54,517 nucleotides of DNA, filler included, from Sphacelaria rigidula (GCA_964200075.2; 5 parts of 5 records of this genome joined end to end with filler, not necessarily neighbours in it), one strand, 5' to 3'; shown: positions 36,595 through 48,547, numbered from the whole stretch's first letter. Translations and numbers: made by a program. The notes: generated by a model from the letters alone, not told the origin.

Positions 36595-36860
36595 GCGTGT
36601 TCAGGTTCGAAAAAACACTGCAGAATTGTGTTGTGTTAAGTGAAGTAGCCTGTACCCCATATAATGTGGTCACGTTTTCGGCTGTTTTTCGAAGAGTTCC
36701 GCTTGTTTTTTTCAAAGCTCTGCGTGTTTTTTTTAAGTTCTCCTTGTTTTTCCAAACGTACTTTTGGGGCAAAAAAAACGAGACAGGTTTCTGTCACAGA
36801 AATCTAATGCCGAATCTGGAAGAGCCTGAAACAACAACCAATTTGAAAATTGGAATAATA
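36595..36860. repeat. dispersed repeat, partner at 38299-38720
   Basis: Shared GTGTTCAGGTTC..AAAAAACACTGCAGAA, CCATATAATG.GGT.ACGTTTT and CTGTCACAGAAAT..AATGCCGAATCTGGAA. 35966-36069 also matches 38156-38260. Confidence 0.8.
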
Positions 36861-37077
36861 GGGATTAACGTATAGATTGCTCTACTTCGCAATCGCGCTT
36901 CCAACTTTCTTTTTTCCTTTTCCTTTGTTAGGCTACTTGTTATGTATCGAAAGATATAACTTGTTGAAAAGTGCTTTTTTGACCCTTCTCCGTCGTTTTT
37001 GCCCCGAAAAGAGGGCTCAGCGGATGTTGACACCTGAGACCGCTCCAAAGCACCTTTGCGTTTTCCGTAGGTCACAG

Positions 37078-37288
37078 TGTGATGCGTGAGAGGACCGCGT
37101 GCTTAGAGGACCGCGCCGTAGCTCGAAACACCTTAGTATCGACGTTTTCCAAAACCAATCGGGCCAGTCCCTGCAGGTACCACGCCCCTTACCCCAACCC
37201 CAACACTAACCCTGACCCTAACCCCAACCATGGGGATGTTCAACTTCTGACGCGGTCCTCCAAGCATACGGTCCCCTCACGCATTACA
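37078..37288. mobile_element. Ginger-like MITE (TGT...ACA, 4-bp TSD) carrying telomere-like repeats
   Basis: TIR TGTGATGCGTGAGAGGACCGCGTGCTTAGAGGACCGCG / CGCGGTCCTCCAAGCATACGGTCCCCTCACGCATTACA. ACAG on both sides (37074-77, 37289-92). Internal CCCCAA/CCCTAA hexamers. Inserted into a family F arm. Confidence 0.75.
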
Positions 37289-37393
37289 ACAGTTTTTCTT
37301 GGCCAAAAATTAGACAGTACAGTACAGACTGCTGTACAACATTGGCGGCCTGTACTGTCCAGATGATGTGTGTTTCGCGCAGCGTGCGGGCGC

Positions 37394-37700
37394 GATGTGG
37401 AAAAGAAGCGGGCAACGCGGCATACAGCAGATTTTACAGACAGCAAAGCTTTCTGACTCTCTGCATACAGGAGGGTGCAAAGCAGATTTGAACCATGTGC
37501 AGTTTTGCACCGCCTCGACTGTCCATGAGCACGCTGGCAACTCGATCGCCCACCCCGACACGTAACTCGGTCGGTGGACCCTCCCACAAAATTGTAATGT
37601 TTCGCCAACAAAAAGAAACACATCATGCCAAAACAGTGATAGTGTCGGTTTCTATCACTGCAATGTATGTGTCCCTGTGCTAAGTTCGTGATCTGTGCCG
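37394..37700. repeat. dispersed repeat shared with 27048-27350
   Basis: See the partner copy. Confidence 0.85.
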
Positions 37701-37892
37701 CAAGATCGAGTAGGTAGCTGCGAATGAACCATTTGGGTTTTGTGTACCTCTGGGGAAAACGGCCAAGCGATGAAAAAACAAGGGAAAATTCCGATCACCT
37801 GACTGTTTTTGTAAGCATGCAGTAGTATCAGCAACGTGCCAGGTGCATGGGTAATGTCGCACGACGAAACGCGGACCGCCTCCCGCACGAGA

Positions 37893-37926
<34 letters not shown>

Positions 37927-37935
37927 TCAGCAGCA
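37893..37935. repeat. (AGC)n microsatellite
   Basis: AGCAGCAGC... run; an inverse (GCT)n run lies at about 38003-38018. Confidence 0.85.
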
Positions 37936-39538
37936 TATTTATTGGCAGGAAAACGTATGCGGCTGGGGGTGAGTCTGAACCAACCGGTGCCGATGTTGCT
38001 GCCGCTGCTGCTGCTGCTCTTGATCGTAGACGGTCCGCGTTTCGACCGTGCGACAACACCCACGCACCCTTGCGAATGATAGCCACCGTGCTGGACAGCG
38101 CTGGGTACGTACTACCCGCCGATGGTCCATGCTTGCTTACTCGGCACTCGGCAAAAATCCAGCGCACATCACACCATTTTCGTTGTAGAGAGCTCAAATG
38201 CACTCCAGCACAGCGCCAACTACAGCATAGAAATGATGGTTGTAGGAAGCGCCTTGTTGGTTGCAACAAGAAAAGCTGATGTATACTGTATACAATCTGT
38301 GTTCAGGTTCTAAAAAACACTGCAGAAGCTGTGCTGTGTTGTGTTGTATTCGGTGTAGTACTCTGCACACCATATACCACTGCAGAATTGTGTTGTGTTC
38401 AGTGTAGTATCCTGTACTCCATATAATGGGGTAACGTTTTGAGCAGTTTTTCAAAAAGGTCTGCTTGCTTTTTTCAAAGTATGCCGAAGAAAACGAGACA
38501 GTTTTCTGTCACAGAAATTCAATGCCGAATCTGGAATAGCCTGAGGCAACGACCAATTTGGAAGCTGGAATGAGAGGGGTCACGTTTTGGGCAGGTTCTT
38601 GAAAAATTTTGATTGGTTCTGGATATAAATTCTGAAAAAAAAAAAACACTTCCCTGTCACAGAAATCCAATGCCAAATCTGAAATGGCCTCAGACAACAA
38701 CCAATTTGAAAAATGGAATAAGAGACTTGAGTCAACATCAAATTTTCTTCCAGCGTCATCGGTGCTTCTAGTAGATTTCGTTGTTTCCAGTTTTTATTCA
38801 CCATGTCCTCCGTGTGGAGACACATACGACGTGCAGCATTCGTTCTACGAAGTGTGAAGCCTGCCGTTTGCCTCAATTGGTTCCGATGCTGTTAACCCTC
38901 AGAGCACTGTTACATGTGCTCCGTCTAACGGAACCGAGCATTAAATGGGTGCGATCCGGGGTAAGGAACGGACAGGCACCTTTGGTTTCAGTGTTTGAGG
39001 TCGATCGGAACACTTCCAAAGAGTAAATGCGCCATTTATTACACTAGCGGAAGGTGGGTGACCATTACAGACGATCTGTGCTCTGAAGAAGCGCGATTTG
39101 AAACACGTGCGCCCATGGGTGTGTGAATGATGTGGGTTTTCGACCTCGCCGGGGTGATGTACGGATCTCTTCGTGTGATGGAGACTGTGCGCCTTGTATT
39201 GGCGCAGCTATCGACCTGTAACATGGCGGTACCGTTGATCCGCCACGAGCAGGCAGAAGACAACTAAAAATGCGCGTGATCTCACGCCGTCTTGATCGAT
39301 GTTGTGCTTCGCGCCCCGTAGTCTTCCCTACGAAAACGTTCAGGGAGCTCTCATTGATGGTTTGGCTACATCGCGATTGTCCTGGTGCGAGGGAGGATTA
39401 GCTCTTGGAAAGTGAGTTCCTCACCGTCCACGAACCAAAAAACGAACTTGGATCCAGGTTTGTTGCACTGAACAGACTGCTAACAAGAACCGGTGCTACT
39501 GATTCCGGATTGGTGGGGGTGGGAAAACAATGACACAT

Positions 39539-39826
39539 CTACGGTACTGTTCTTTGCGGTGTATACTGCCTCTCGGGTGGCAGGTCAAGGTCCGGGTTGT
39601 TGTCGGGCACCATGATGACTTCTTCGGGCTCCTGCCACACGTACAGTCCTGGACTTCGCGGGTACTCCGGATAACCCTTGGGTTCATGGCGTGTGATCGT
39701 CTGGTAGTACTCGTCGGGCCTGACTGGTCCGTAGTTGGCCACTTGCTGGTATTTTTCCTTGTATCTCGGTAACAGGTCCTTCACTTCCACCTTGCCAACG
39801 GTCGGCTCAATGACGTCGTCTTGCAC
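39539..39826 (-). CDS. terminal exon of an unidentified protein (Pro/Tyr/Glu-rich)
   Basis: Acceptor CCGCAG|GTGCAA at 39827/39826. 95 codons rich in G/C at third positions (VQDDVIEPTVGKVEVKDLLPRYKEKY...QRTVP), TAG at 39539-41. Confidence 0.65.
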   Translation of the reverse strand: MQDDVIEPTVGKVEVKDLLPRYKEKYQQVANYGPVRPDEYYQTITRHEPKGYPEYPRSPGLYVWQEPEEVIMVPDNNPDLDLPPERQYTPQRTVP

Positions 39827-40027
39827 CTGCGGTTTTCATGTGCGATTCATGTGAAAAATGAAGCAAAATAAGTAACAAGTAAAGTACAAATACACATACA
39901 GAGCACACCATAAAAACTTGCGTTGTTCAACCACCCGGACCCCCACGTGGATGCTGTATGACAGACGTGAAGGGAGGGAAGAGGATGAGAGGATGGTCAA
40001 GGCTGCTGCAACGCACGTTCCACGCAC

Positions 40028-40086
40028 CATGAGCGTGTGCAAATAAGTCACGCCAAGCAGAATGCTGCCGTGGCAGGCCTCCACAT
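40028..40086 (-). CDS. penultimate exon of the same unidentified gene
   Basis: CTGCAG|ATGTGG acceptor (alternative CATAG at 40093), DVEACHGSILLGVTYLHTLM, donor CTCATG|GTGCGT in phase 0. Gives a 201-nt intron to 39826. Confidence 0.5.
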
Positions 40087-40789
40087 CTGCAGCTATGGGC
40101 AGGGACTTGGGTTTTTTTCTCGGGATCGGTAATGTGTCTTGACTTTGCACCTTTTTTTCTTCCTTATCATATGTTTTCCTTCATTTCTTCCGTCACTTTG
40201 CTTTATATTGCTCCTCTCCTTCAGCTTCTCTCTCGAGTTCCCTATAACAGCGAGCGCTTGCAACAATTCACCGCGGCTACGCCCATCTCGTGATCACGGC
40301 AGGAGTCTTGGAATATCAGGTATACGTGCGACGCACAATCGACCAACGAAATCCATCTAGTACAGAAGAACAGTGTATAAGTGATCGTGCCAGCCGCAGA
40401 TAAGCGCATGAACAAACACAGCGTGCACGCTGCTCCGGGAAAAATGCTGCGGCATACCTCTTGCCGAAACTTTGAGCTCTACATTACTCGTGCCAACCGC
40501 ACATGTCCTGCATGCATTTCCTCTACACCGACTGAACCGGTGCCGCAAAAACTCGCGAAACTGTCAACGGACAAAATCATGTAAAAGAAACTTTTGGAGT
40601 TCAAAGGGTCAACGCTAACTCGTGCAGTATTTACTCCCAGCAACCCTCTGAATATCATTACTTCCCGGCATCGACGTATCTGTGTAGTCATCGCCGTAGC
40701 CTGTGTATATGCACGACCTTTCACACCCCGGACAATACACATCTAATGCAATAGCAATGTCATCTGCCACAATAGACGCCGCTATTGTC

Positions 40790-41275
40790 CTCGGCAATGG
40801 CTATCGACCGACAAGCTTCTCTGTCTATTGTCGTCGGCAACGTCTATCCAAAGACCCTTTTTCCTGCACTACTACACCGCAGAAGGAAGGTGGAGTACTG
40901 AAAGAATATAAGAAATAAAAACCTCCTGTGTTGGCCTTCCTTCTGTGTGACCCGGTCTGATGAGTCCGCATGTACCGAAAGGTGTAGACTGGCATCCAGA
41001 GTAGATGGGATGACAACAAATATACAACACATTGCCCGGGCAGCAGTCTTCAGTGACCCTACACCGAAAGCTATTGCCGCCGATCGAATATACCGATAGA
41101 TAGCTTTCCAAATATATTGACGGCAATGGCTATCGACAGACCATGTGCCAGATTTATTGATGACGGCAATGGCTATTGATCGATTGTATACCAAATCTAC
41201 TGATGGTAGAAATGGCTACTGATAGATTGCGTACAAAACATGTTGATGGCAATGGCTATCGACAGACCATGTTCC
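40790..41275. repeat. reiterated GACGGCAATGGCTATCGACAGACC motif (probable transposon subterminal repeats)
   Basis: Copies at about 40792, 41119, 41162, 41210 and 41245, interrupted by a SINE fragment. Confidence 0.7.
40872..41030 (+). mobile_element. 3' fragment of SINE family 1
   Basis: CACCGCAGAAGGAAGGTGGAGTA...CTGTGTTGGCCTTCC...GGGATGACAAC is the reverse complement of about 28550-28703. Confidence 0.8.
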
Positions 41276-41788
41276 AGAATATACTATGGTATACGATACA
41301 TGTCGACAGATATTATATGTCGTCTATTCCCACACCACGAATGCAACATGAGATGTATAGAGCATAGTCACAAGCGAGAGGCTGCTGCGTCGAGGGCTGC
41401 CAATCGAAGAATGCTGTCTGCTCATATCGGTTGTTGATCGTGTCTTTAGTCGGTGGCTCTGCGGTGCCCACTGGTGTGTATCTGTATCTACTCTGCTGCC
41501 CTGCATCCCTTGAGGCTTTTTCCTTTGTTTTTATCGTATTATTTTATTTCATTTTTTTTTTACTGTGTTGTATTTTATTTTATTCGCTCTTCACTTTCTT
41601 CTTCATTTCCTTTTTTTTTCAGGTCGGCCATTTCTTTGTGTGCTCCGCCTTTGTTGAATTTTTTTTTCATCATTCTTGATTTTTCACGTCTTAGTCTACT
41701 GTGTCGTTCTGTTCGACTTGCTTTCCTGCTCCTTCTTTTCTTCAGCGAATGTTTCGGTTCTGTTTCGTTTCACGTGCGTCTGTCATGA

Positions 41789-41850
41789 GACCACGGCTGG
41801 ATCCCTGGGGGCTCAGTTAAAGTGCGACAATCAATCAAATCAATCAATCA
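41789..41850 (+). mobile_element. 3' end of a retroposon family with (CAAT)n tail
   Basis: ACCACGGCTGG...GTGCGACAATCAATCAAATCAATCAATC. Related ends at about 15262, 43781-43840 (-), 44301 and 44656. Confidence 0.65.
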
Positions 41851-43595
41851 GTTTTCTATTCAAGTACGGTAGATAGGCCGCAGTTGAACATGTGATGGGA
41901 GTATGATACTAATTGTGAAAATATGTAGTCACGATTTTACAAATTCGGAGCGGTTGTATGTTTTAGGAATCTGCTACATGTGTGAGCAGAAGCTGACGAG
42001 TTTTGTCGGTGTAGTCGTACACAATGTTCTTCCCCCGATGGACAAGAGGGCTCAGAGTACTCATGTGTGCGGGTTACATGTGCCTATAATCTGGACAAAA
42101 GACAGTGAAACGGAACATCGCCGCCATGATAACTCCAAAAATGTGACTGTCAACGTATGTTGCCATCCACAGTCGACAACATCAGGCCATCGATAGCTAT
42201 TGCAGGCAACATTGGATTCGGGACAAGGGACAGAGTGTAAGGCCGTGACGATGGAGTGGCTAAGTGGTCTATCGATGCATGTCAGTTGTTGCAATAGGCT
42301 CTGAATTGCGGTCATCGATGTATATTGCCAATTACAGTAGGATCTACATTGCGGCCACCGAAGTATTTTGCCGGTCACAAAGGGACCCAATGCGCGACCA
42401 CCAATTTATATTGCTGGTCATGAAAGCATCTGACCTGCGGCCTCAATGTCTATCGTTTGTCACAATACGATCTGAATCGCGGCCACCAGTATAGTATATC
42501 GTATCTACTGCTGGTCACGATAGGAACAGAATGGCGTCGATCAATAGCTGTTGGTTCACATTTTTTGGTGCATGTTTCCACCTTCCACAAAAACTCTTGC
42601 CAGCTACAGGTTGGTTCACGCTCATCACCCAAAATTATGCCATCAGCGAATGCCTTTCGAAATACCTACCCCATAGTCGCATACATGATATTATACTGAC
42701 CGCCATGGGACAGCAGCAGAGCGTGACATAGTCGTATTTGTGTTTAAGGCCATGGTGGTGGCGCTCAGGGCGAAAAGGTACCTAGGACAATCAGCGCCCT
42801 TCAAAGTGCTCTGAAGTCGAAACTAACGAAATTCCAAGTGCAACATGATCCCGATCTTCACATGCTTCAAATCGTAGTAACCGTCACCAACTCAGAAATC
42901 TAACGGGAAAAACATATTTGAAAATGGTTTTTACGGGGTCGAATTATACCCAAACGTGGTGATGCGGTGATGTCGGGTTTTGGCGTCGTAAAATTTCCAC
43001 CGACGATACGCTCGAAAGACCCAGGGAGCCTCGTGGCGGTTTCCCTTGAATCTGTCGTAGAAAAGCCCAGATCGCCCTCAAACTTGGTAGTTCTGTAGTT
43101 GTTGATGCTCCAAATTGAGATCTTGTACTTCCTCTGTCCCATGAGTCTTAGGAGTTATGGGCGTGTAAGTGTTCGCGCACTTATACTTTTCCGATCATCC
43201 TATGCTTAGGTTCGTTGGAAAGATGAAGTCTCAACGAAGCTGATGCAAACAAGAAAAAAAAGCCGGTTGTCCATACTCAAATGAAGTCAAAATATGCCCA
43301 TTATGGCCCATTTTTGGTCCATGTATACCCCAATATTGACCAATTTTGGATGTTTTTACGTCAAACACTAGCGAGTACATGCTGAAAAATATGTTTGATG
43401 GGGCGTGCGTGGATTAAAGTCACGGCAATATCCCAAATTAATGGTTTTTTTTCACGATTTTCACGGTTTTTTCAGCGTTTTTCGCGATTTTTAGTGTTCC
43501 CGGATCCCCCATGCTAACTGGGGAAAAGAGCGAAAAATTGCCATTTTTTGGCCGACCTACTTTTTCTCGACAGCGAGACTGCACGCGTCGAGCAC

Positions 43596-43695
43596 NNNNN
43601 NNNNNNNNNNNNNNNNNNNNNNNNNNNNNNNNNNNNNNNTTAATTAATTAANNNNNNNNNNNNNNNNNNNNNNNNNNNNNNNNNNNNNNNNNNNN
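43596..43695. other. artificial contig linker
   Basis: N44-TTAATTAATTAA-N44; linker at 43640-43651. Confidence 0.98.
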
Positions 43696-43700
43696 CAACC

Positions 43701-43781
<81 letters not shown>
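43696..43781. repeat. (CAA)n microsatellite at contig start
   Basis: About 28 CAA units. Confidence 0.95.
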
Positions 43782-45103
43782 GATTGATTGGTTGATTGAT
43801 TGTCGCATATTAAGGACTCAGTCGCCCAGCCGTGGCCATTACACAGAAGATGGACGCACCCAAGGGAAACAAAATCGAAACGCTCGCTCGAGAAGGAAAG
43901 TGGAAAAAGCAAAGGATACAGCAAACAAACGGAGCAAACTCAAAACAAAACAAAACACAACAAACAATGAAACAAGAGCAACGGAGAGTGACTGAGACGA
44001 GCTACGAAAAAAAATAATACATATAGTAAAATATGAAACATACTTTAAAAAAATCTATAAACGGCCGACCTCTGCAGCATGGCTTCAGGTGAAAAGCGCA
44101 ATAAACACGCATGCACGTTTACACAAAAGAACTCAAAAGGCCGTGGCAGCAGATTCCGGCTCAGCAAGGCATAAGCCGTACGGAAACAAGGCACGCGACT
44201 GCTACTTGTACAACATCGAGGGAATAGAAACAACGAATTGGAGAGAGAGATGGAAAGAGAATCATGTCGCAGTTTCCACGCATGATTTCATCGTTCATCT
44301 TGTGACCATCGGTAGATTCGTAGCGGTTCCTTTAATATGCGACAGCTAGTCAATCGATCCATCACTCGAATACTTCGGCACACTGCAGTAAAAGGCACGC
44401 ACTACCAGGCATATGGCGCAGTCCAGGCTAGATATGTCCACGAATTTCTGCGAACAGCGGGCGGGCAAGCAGAGTGTCCGCCTCAGACTCTAACATGTCA
44501 CATGCCATGGCAATCCGAGGGACTCATTTGAGGAACATGGAAGCGAACACACGACCCACGAGGAACGCGTGTACCGCAGTTTACGTGATGTATTGTTTCC
44601 GTCTCGTCCATCTCGGGTACGTCTGTCATGTGGGTATGTCTGTCATGTGGAGAATGACCACGAATGAGTGTCTGAGGGATCACTTAATACGCGACAATCT
44701 ATCAATCTATCAATCTATCAATCAATGTATTACTCGATACGATACGAAACCCAACCTCGAACATCAGGACCTCGTACTGCCATGAGATTACGTTCATCGA
44801 GACGTCTCCAAAGCAGTTCCAAAGACGAGGTCCGACGGCGGCTAGGTTTCTCATCGCAACGAGTGGACAGTCTGGAGGATGACCAACGGTAGTCCATGCA
44901 ATGTCTTGCGTCAGATTTAGCAGCGGTTCTGGTGTAAAAACTGCTATAAACGTGCAGCAGCATTTGCACGCCGGGATGAGAAGTGAAGGCTACTCTCAGT
45001 GCAAGTGCATACCCAACACCATCCCACGAATGAAACAGCAAATACATGCTAACGATTCGCCAAACACTACAGCGAGTTTGTCCGACATAAGATAAACGAA
45101 CAT

Positions 45104-45104
<1 letters not shown>

Positions 45105-45151
<47 letters not shown>
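45105..45151. repeat. (CA)n microsatellite starting at a WDR36 5' splice site
   Basis: On the minus strand: CCCAG|GTGTGTGT..., about 23 units. Confidence 0.95.
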
Positions 45152-45153
<2 letters not shown>

Positions 45154-45372
45154 GGGCAAGAACTGCAGCTTCGAAATGCTCCCCTCGTGCGTGGCCATGG
45201 TGTGGTGCAGCCGGCGTTTCTTCAGGTCCCACAAGCACACGCGCCCACTCCCCCCAGCGGAGGCCAAGAGAGGCAACTCTACGGCAGCTGCGTCTGTTCT
45301 GAACGTGAGGCTCGTTACGGCGATTTCTTGCTTGAAGCTCATTAGCAACAGGTCTTGCTTGAGGCTGATCAC
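45152..45372 (-). CDS. UTP21: WDR36/UTP21 (U3 snoRNP, UTP-B complex), internal exon D
   Basis: TAG|GTGATC acceptor; VISLKQDLLLMSFKQEIAVTSLTFRTD...ASAGGSGRVCLWDLKKRRL...HEGSISKLQFLP; 221 nt, phase 0 to 2. Confidence 0.92.
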
Positions 45373-45460
45373 CTAGGATAGTGTTCAGAGGGAACAACAG
45401 CATTATCGTGAGCACAGAACGAGCTCTAGCATCCTGAGAGATCGAGATATCAACGTAAAA

Positions 45461-45772
45461 GCGCTCCGGTGGTGTAATGGCCCGACTGTCGCCATTAGGG
45501 TGGAGAGAACGGGAGTTCGATTCCCGATGCGTTGGGTTTTTTGTTCGTCATGTATGATTTCCACCGTGGAAAGCGTGATAAGGTGAGTAAACAAAGTAGT
45601 CGACTGAGTTGGTTTGACGTGAGTTAACGCGGTGGGGGAGTGCTGATGGTCATGATCCAATCCGCGAGACCAAAATTCAAGGCGTGTACCGGGGGAGAGA
45701 TGGGTTTATTCCTTGAGACCATTAGGGCATTAGACCATTAGACAGACCATGGACTCGTTCCGAGAAAGGGGA
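45461..45772 (+). mobile_element. tRNA-derived SINE family 2, copy 1 (intronic)
   Basis: A box TGGTGTAATGG (45470-80), B box GAGTTCGATTCCC (45513-25). The body contains GGGAGTGCTGATGGTCATGATCCAATCC. Confidence 0.8.
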
Positions 45773-46274
45773 TAGGATTAAAAGTGCGAAAAAGGGGGGG
45801 GGGGGGGGGGGGGGGGGGGAAAACCCAACTCCCACGCTTTTGTGGGGAAAGGTGTAGGCCCCGCGCTCNNNNNNNNNNGAAGGGGGGGGGGGGAGGGGGA
45901 GGGGAGAGGGGGGGGGGGGGGGGGGGGGGGGGAGGGGGGGGGCAGTAAATCCGACTACATCGATTGTGATGCGAATAGCTGTAGCCGCCTGCTCAGATTG
46001 ATGGAGATGGCGTTGCATTGGTCAATAGCCGTATGAGCAACAAACGCAGCTGAAGGCGTCCAACAGTCTGGACGTTGTTGAGCAGACGCGCGGACAACGC
46101 ATGCACCACACACATCCTTCTACTGGCTGCTGTTGATATGCTCAATACGATGGCCTCTAGATCTAAACGGACCTCCAGATGCGAGCAGAACCAACTACCC
46201 GACTTCTTCACGTCCTCATTTGGTCGTTGCGGTCGAGACGGTACGAGACGACGAACGTAACACACTGCTGCTAC

Positions 46275-46386
46275 CTGTACACGGCCATCGCTGAGTCCAA
46301 TGCCAGCCACATCCAGAGCCGGAGAAGGTTCGATGCATGTCACGCTCGCGCCCTCCGGCACATGGCTCGCAAAAGTGTGCACACGC
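46275..46386 (-). CDS. UTP21: WDR36/UTP21 internal exon C
   Basis: TTTTCAG|GCGT acceptor; RVHTFASHVPEGASVTCIEPSPALDVAGIGLSDGRVQ (SPALDV motif); donor CAG|GTAGC; 112 nt, phase 2 to 0. Confidence 0.92.
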
Positions 46387-46439
46387 CTGAAAACGTCAAG
46401 GTTGTTGGCAAAAAATAGGGTGAGAGAGGGGGGGGAGGC

Positions 46440-46836
46440 AGGGTCTTGGCTCTTGTAGCGCCTGGTGGTGCAGTTGGCTCTTCACTCACCGTGTTTTTTC
46501 GTCACACTGCCAACCCGTCCCCTTCTTCGGGACGAGTCAGCGGTCTCAAGGGGACAACCCATCTCTCCCCTTCTACATACCTTGCGTTCTGGTCTCGGGG
46601 ATTGGATCATGACCATCAGCACTCCCGCACCGCGTCGACTTTCGTTAAACAAAGTCAGTCAAACAGAGCTACTCCTATTGCTACTGACGCCCTCACGTCT
46701 TCAACTGTGGAAATCAACTATGGAAATCAAATACGTTACTTTGAAGGGAAAAGCCACACGAATCTGATGGAGATCGAATCCGCGTTCTTTTTCACCCTAT
46801 TCGTGTTAGTCGTACCAGTGCACCACTGGGGCGCGC
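46440..46836 (-). mobile_element. tRNA-derived SINE family 2, copy 2 (intronic, inverted relative to copy 1)
   Basis: Head GCGCCCCAGTGGTGCACTGG...TAGGGTGAAAAAGAACGCGGATTCGATCTCC. GGATTGGATCATGACCATCAGCACTCCC (about 46599-46626) is the exact reverse complement of the copy 1 core. Confidence 0.8.
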
Positions 46837-48547
46837 GCCTGGCTATTGTGGGGGTTCGGAATGCTTGTTCTGACGGGAGACACATCGTCTACACAGAAAC
46901 AGGGGGGATCTGAATCCCCTGGGTCATTGCAACGCACATATCTGTATTACGGTCGGTACAGCCAGTACAGCACAGAGTACAAAGCAATCTCCGCAGAATA
47001 CAAAGGTGTTGCGTGTGCGGACGTTGTGCTGACGGGGCCTTTCGTAGATCCAGCTGCGAATGCCATGCTCTGTGATACAGACGACCCAATAAACTTCAAC
47101 CCACCTGCTCAACCATGGATATATAGTATACGCTTACCATACTCCGAAGAAAAAGGCTTGGACTTGTATTTCTGTCTCATTTAGCACCCGACGTAGAACG
47201 CCCATTCATGTATATTGTAGAATTGAGATACTCTAAATGTTCGCTGGACTATCATATCGCATTCTCGGAACAGAAAGTCTTCGGCGCTCTAAGAGTTGAC
47301 AGGATCTGGCTCCACAGAAGACTCGAATCGGCGGTAGCATTACGGCTATAAGCGTGGACATTGTTTGAGTGGATTCGCACACTCGTGCAGCGGCTACACA
47401 CATGAGTCCCGACCCTCTATGGACACGCCTGTGGGGAAAATCGAGGTGCGGGCTCGGATTTGGGTCCAGAGATCGGACGGCCCGGAGGTACCTCATGCAT
47501 GATCCTCAAAACGCGGGTATGCGCTTTCCCGTACGCGCTGAAACGAACCCATGTTTGCGTTACGTGTGGCGGTGTGGTTTGGCGGGGCGGCGAGTATAAA
47601 GTCTGCATTTTGACCGCGGCTCTGAACTTCACGACTGGCTGCCGTTATTTTAAGCAAAAGGATGAAAAAACTGATCGTAAAGGACAAAAAACCTAAAAGT
47701 GCCCCAGCACTACTCGAAGATACTATTGTACGGGCTTGTCATACCTGTGGATTGACCTAACATACTGTTCGCTTTACGACTATCTTTCACGATATGCTCT
47801 TGCTCGTTATGATCTTGTGGCCTGGGTTACCACGTCGACGTACACCACACAGAGCAGCAGCAGCTAAAAGTTAGGTGTCAACAAGTACATACTGGTTGAG
47901 CCATATTTGTCGGAGCGCATAGTCGCTACTCGCAGCTTCCCTGGCAAAGCTGTTTTTTCACTTTCAAGCAGCAATTAAGTAATGTCATTCCTTCGTTACC
48001 AATAGTTAGAGAAAGTAGTGATAACAATAGTACTCCAAAGCAAGGTCATTTACCCTATCGTACCTCCCGTAGCGCCTTCCCGTATATTTCAACCACTGAA
48101 GATCGTTTTAGTATGAGAGCGACGGCCCTGTTCGCTGAATGAGCGCTACATTTTTCTGTCTTGTCCCCGCGGCATTCATCGGCTACTGTACGACGATAAA
48201 AGAACTCCAGCGAAGTCTCGGGGTAATGAAAAGGGCAAAATAATCACGGGAGAGCTTTCTGCCCGTTTTTTACATATGACCGTGAAAACTTGCAAAAAGC
48301 TCTTCATCGACTTCGCCGCGAGTGCTCGTCAAGCCGCGTCACTGTCAAATGTGCCACGACGATACCATGACTGTGATCGCTTCGAAACAGCATTTCAACC
48401 TCCAGCGCGAGTGACACAACCCCTCCCCATGTGCGTAATGATAAAAAAAAATAGAAAGCAGAAGAAACATCCAAACGATATAAAAACTGGTGTGAATTCG
48501 CCAGCGCTATAGTACCACACGTACAAGAGCACGGACATGAACAGCAC

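Noticed and set aside
37394..37560. BED zinc finger (WFKSALHPPVCRESESFAVCKIC) in the dispersed repeat
   Set aside because: The CxxC context is not preserved in the second copy and the downstream His ligands are not evident; too weak to call.
39539..39826. 3' exon of WDR36
   Set aside because: Different contig, and no WD40 or Utp21 C-terminal features.
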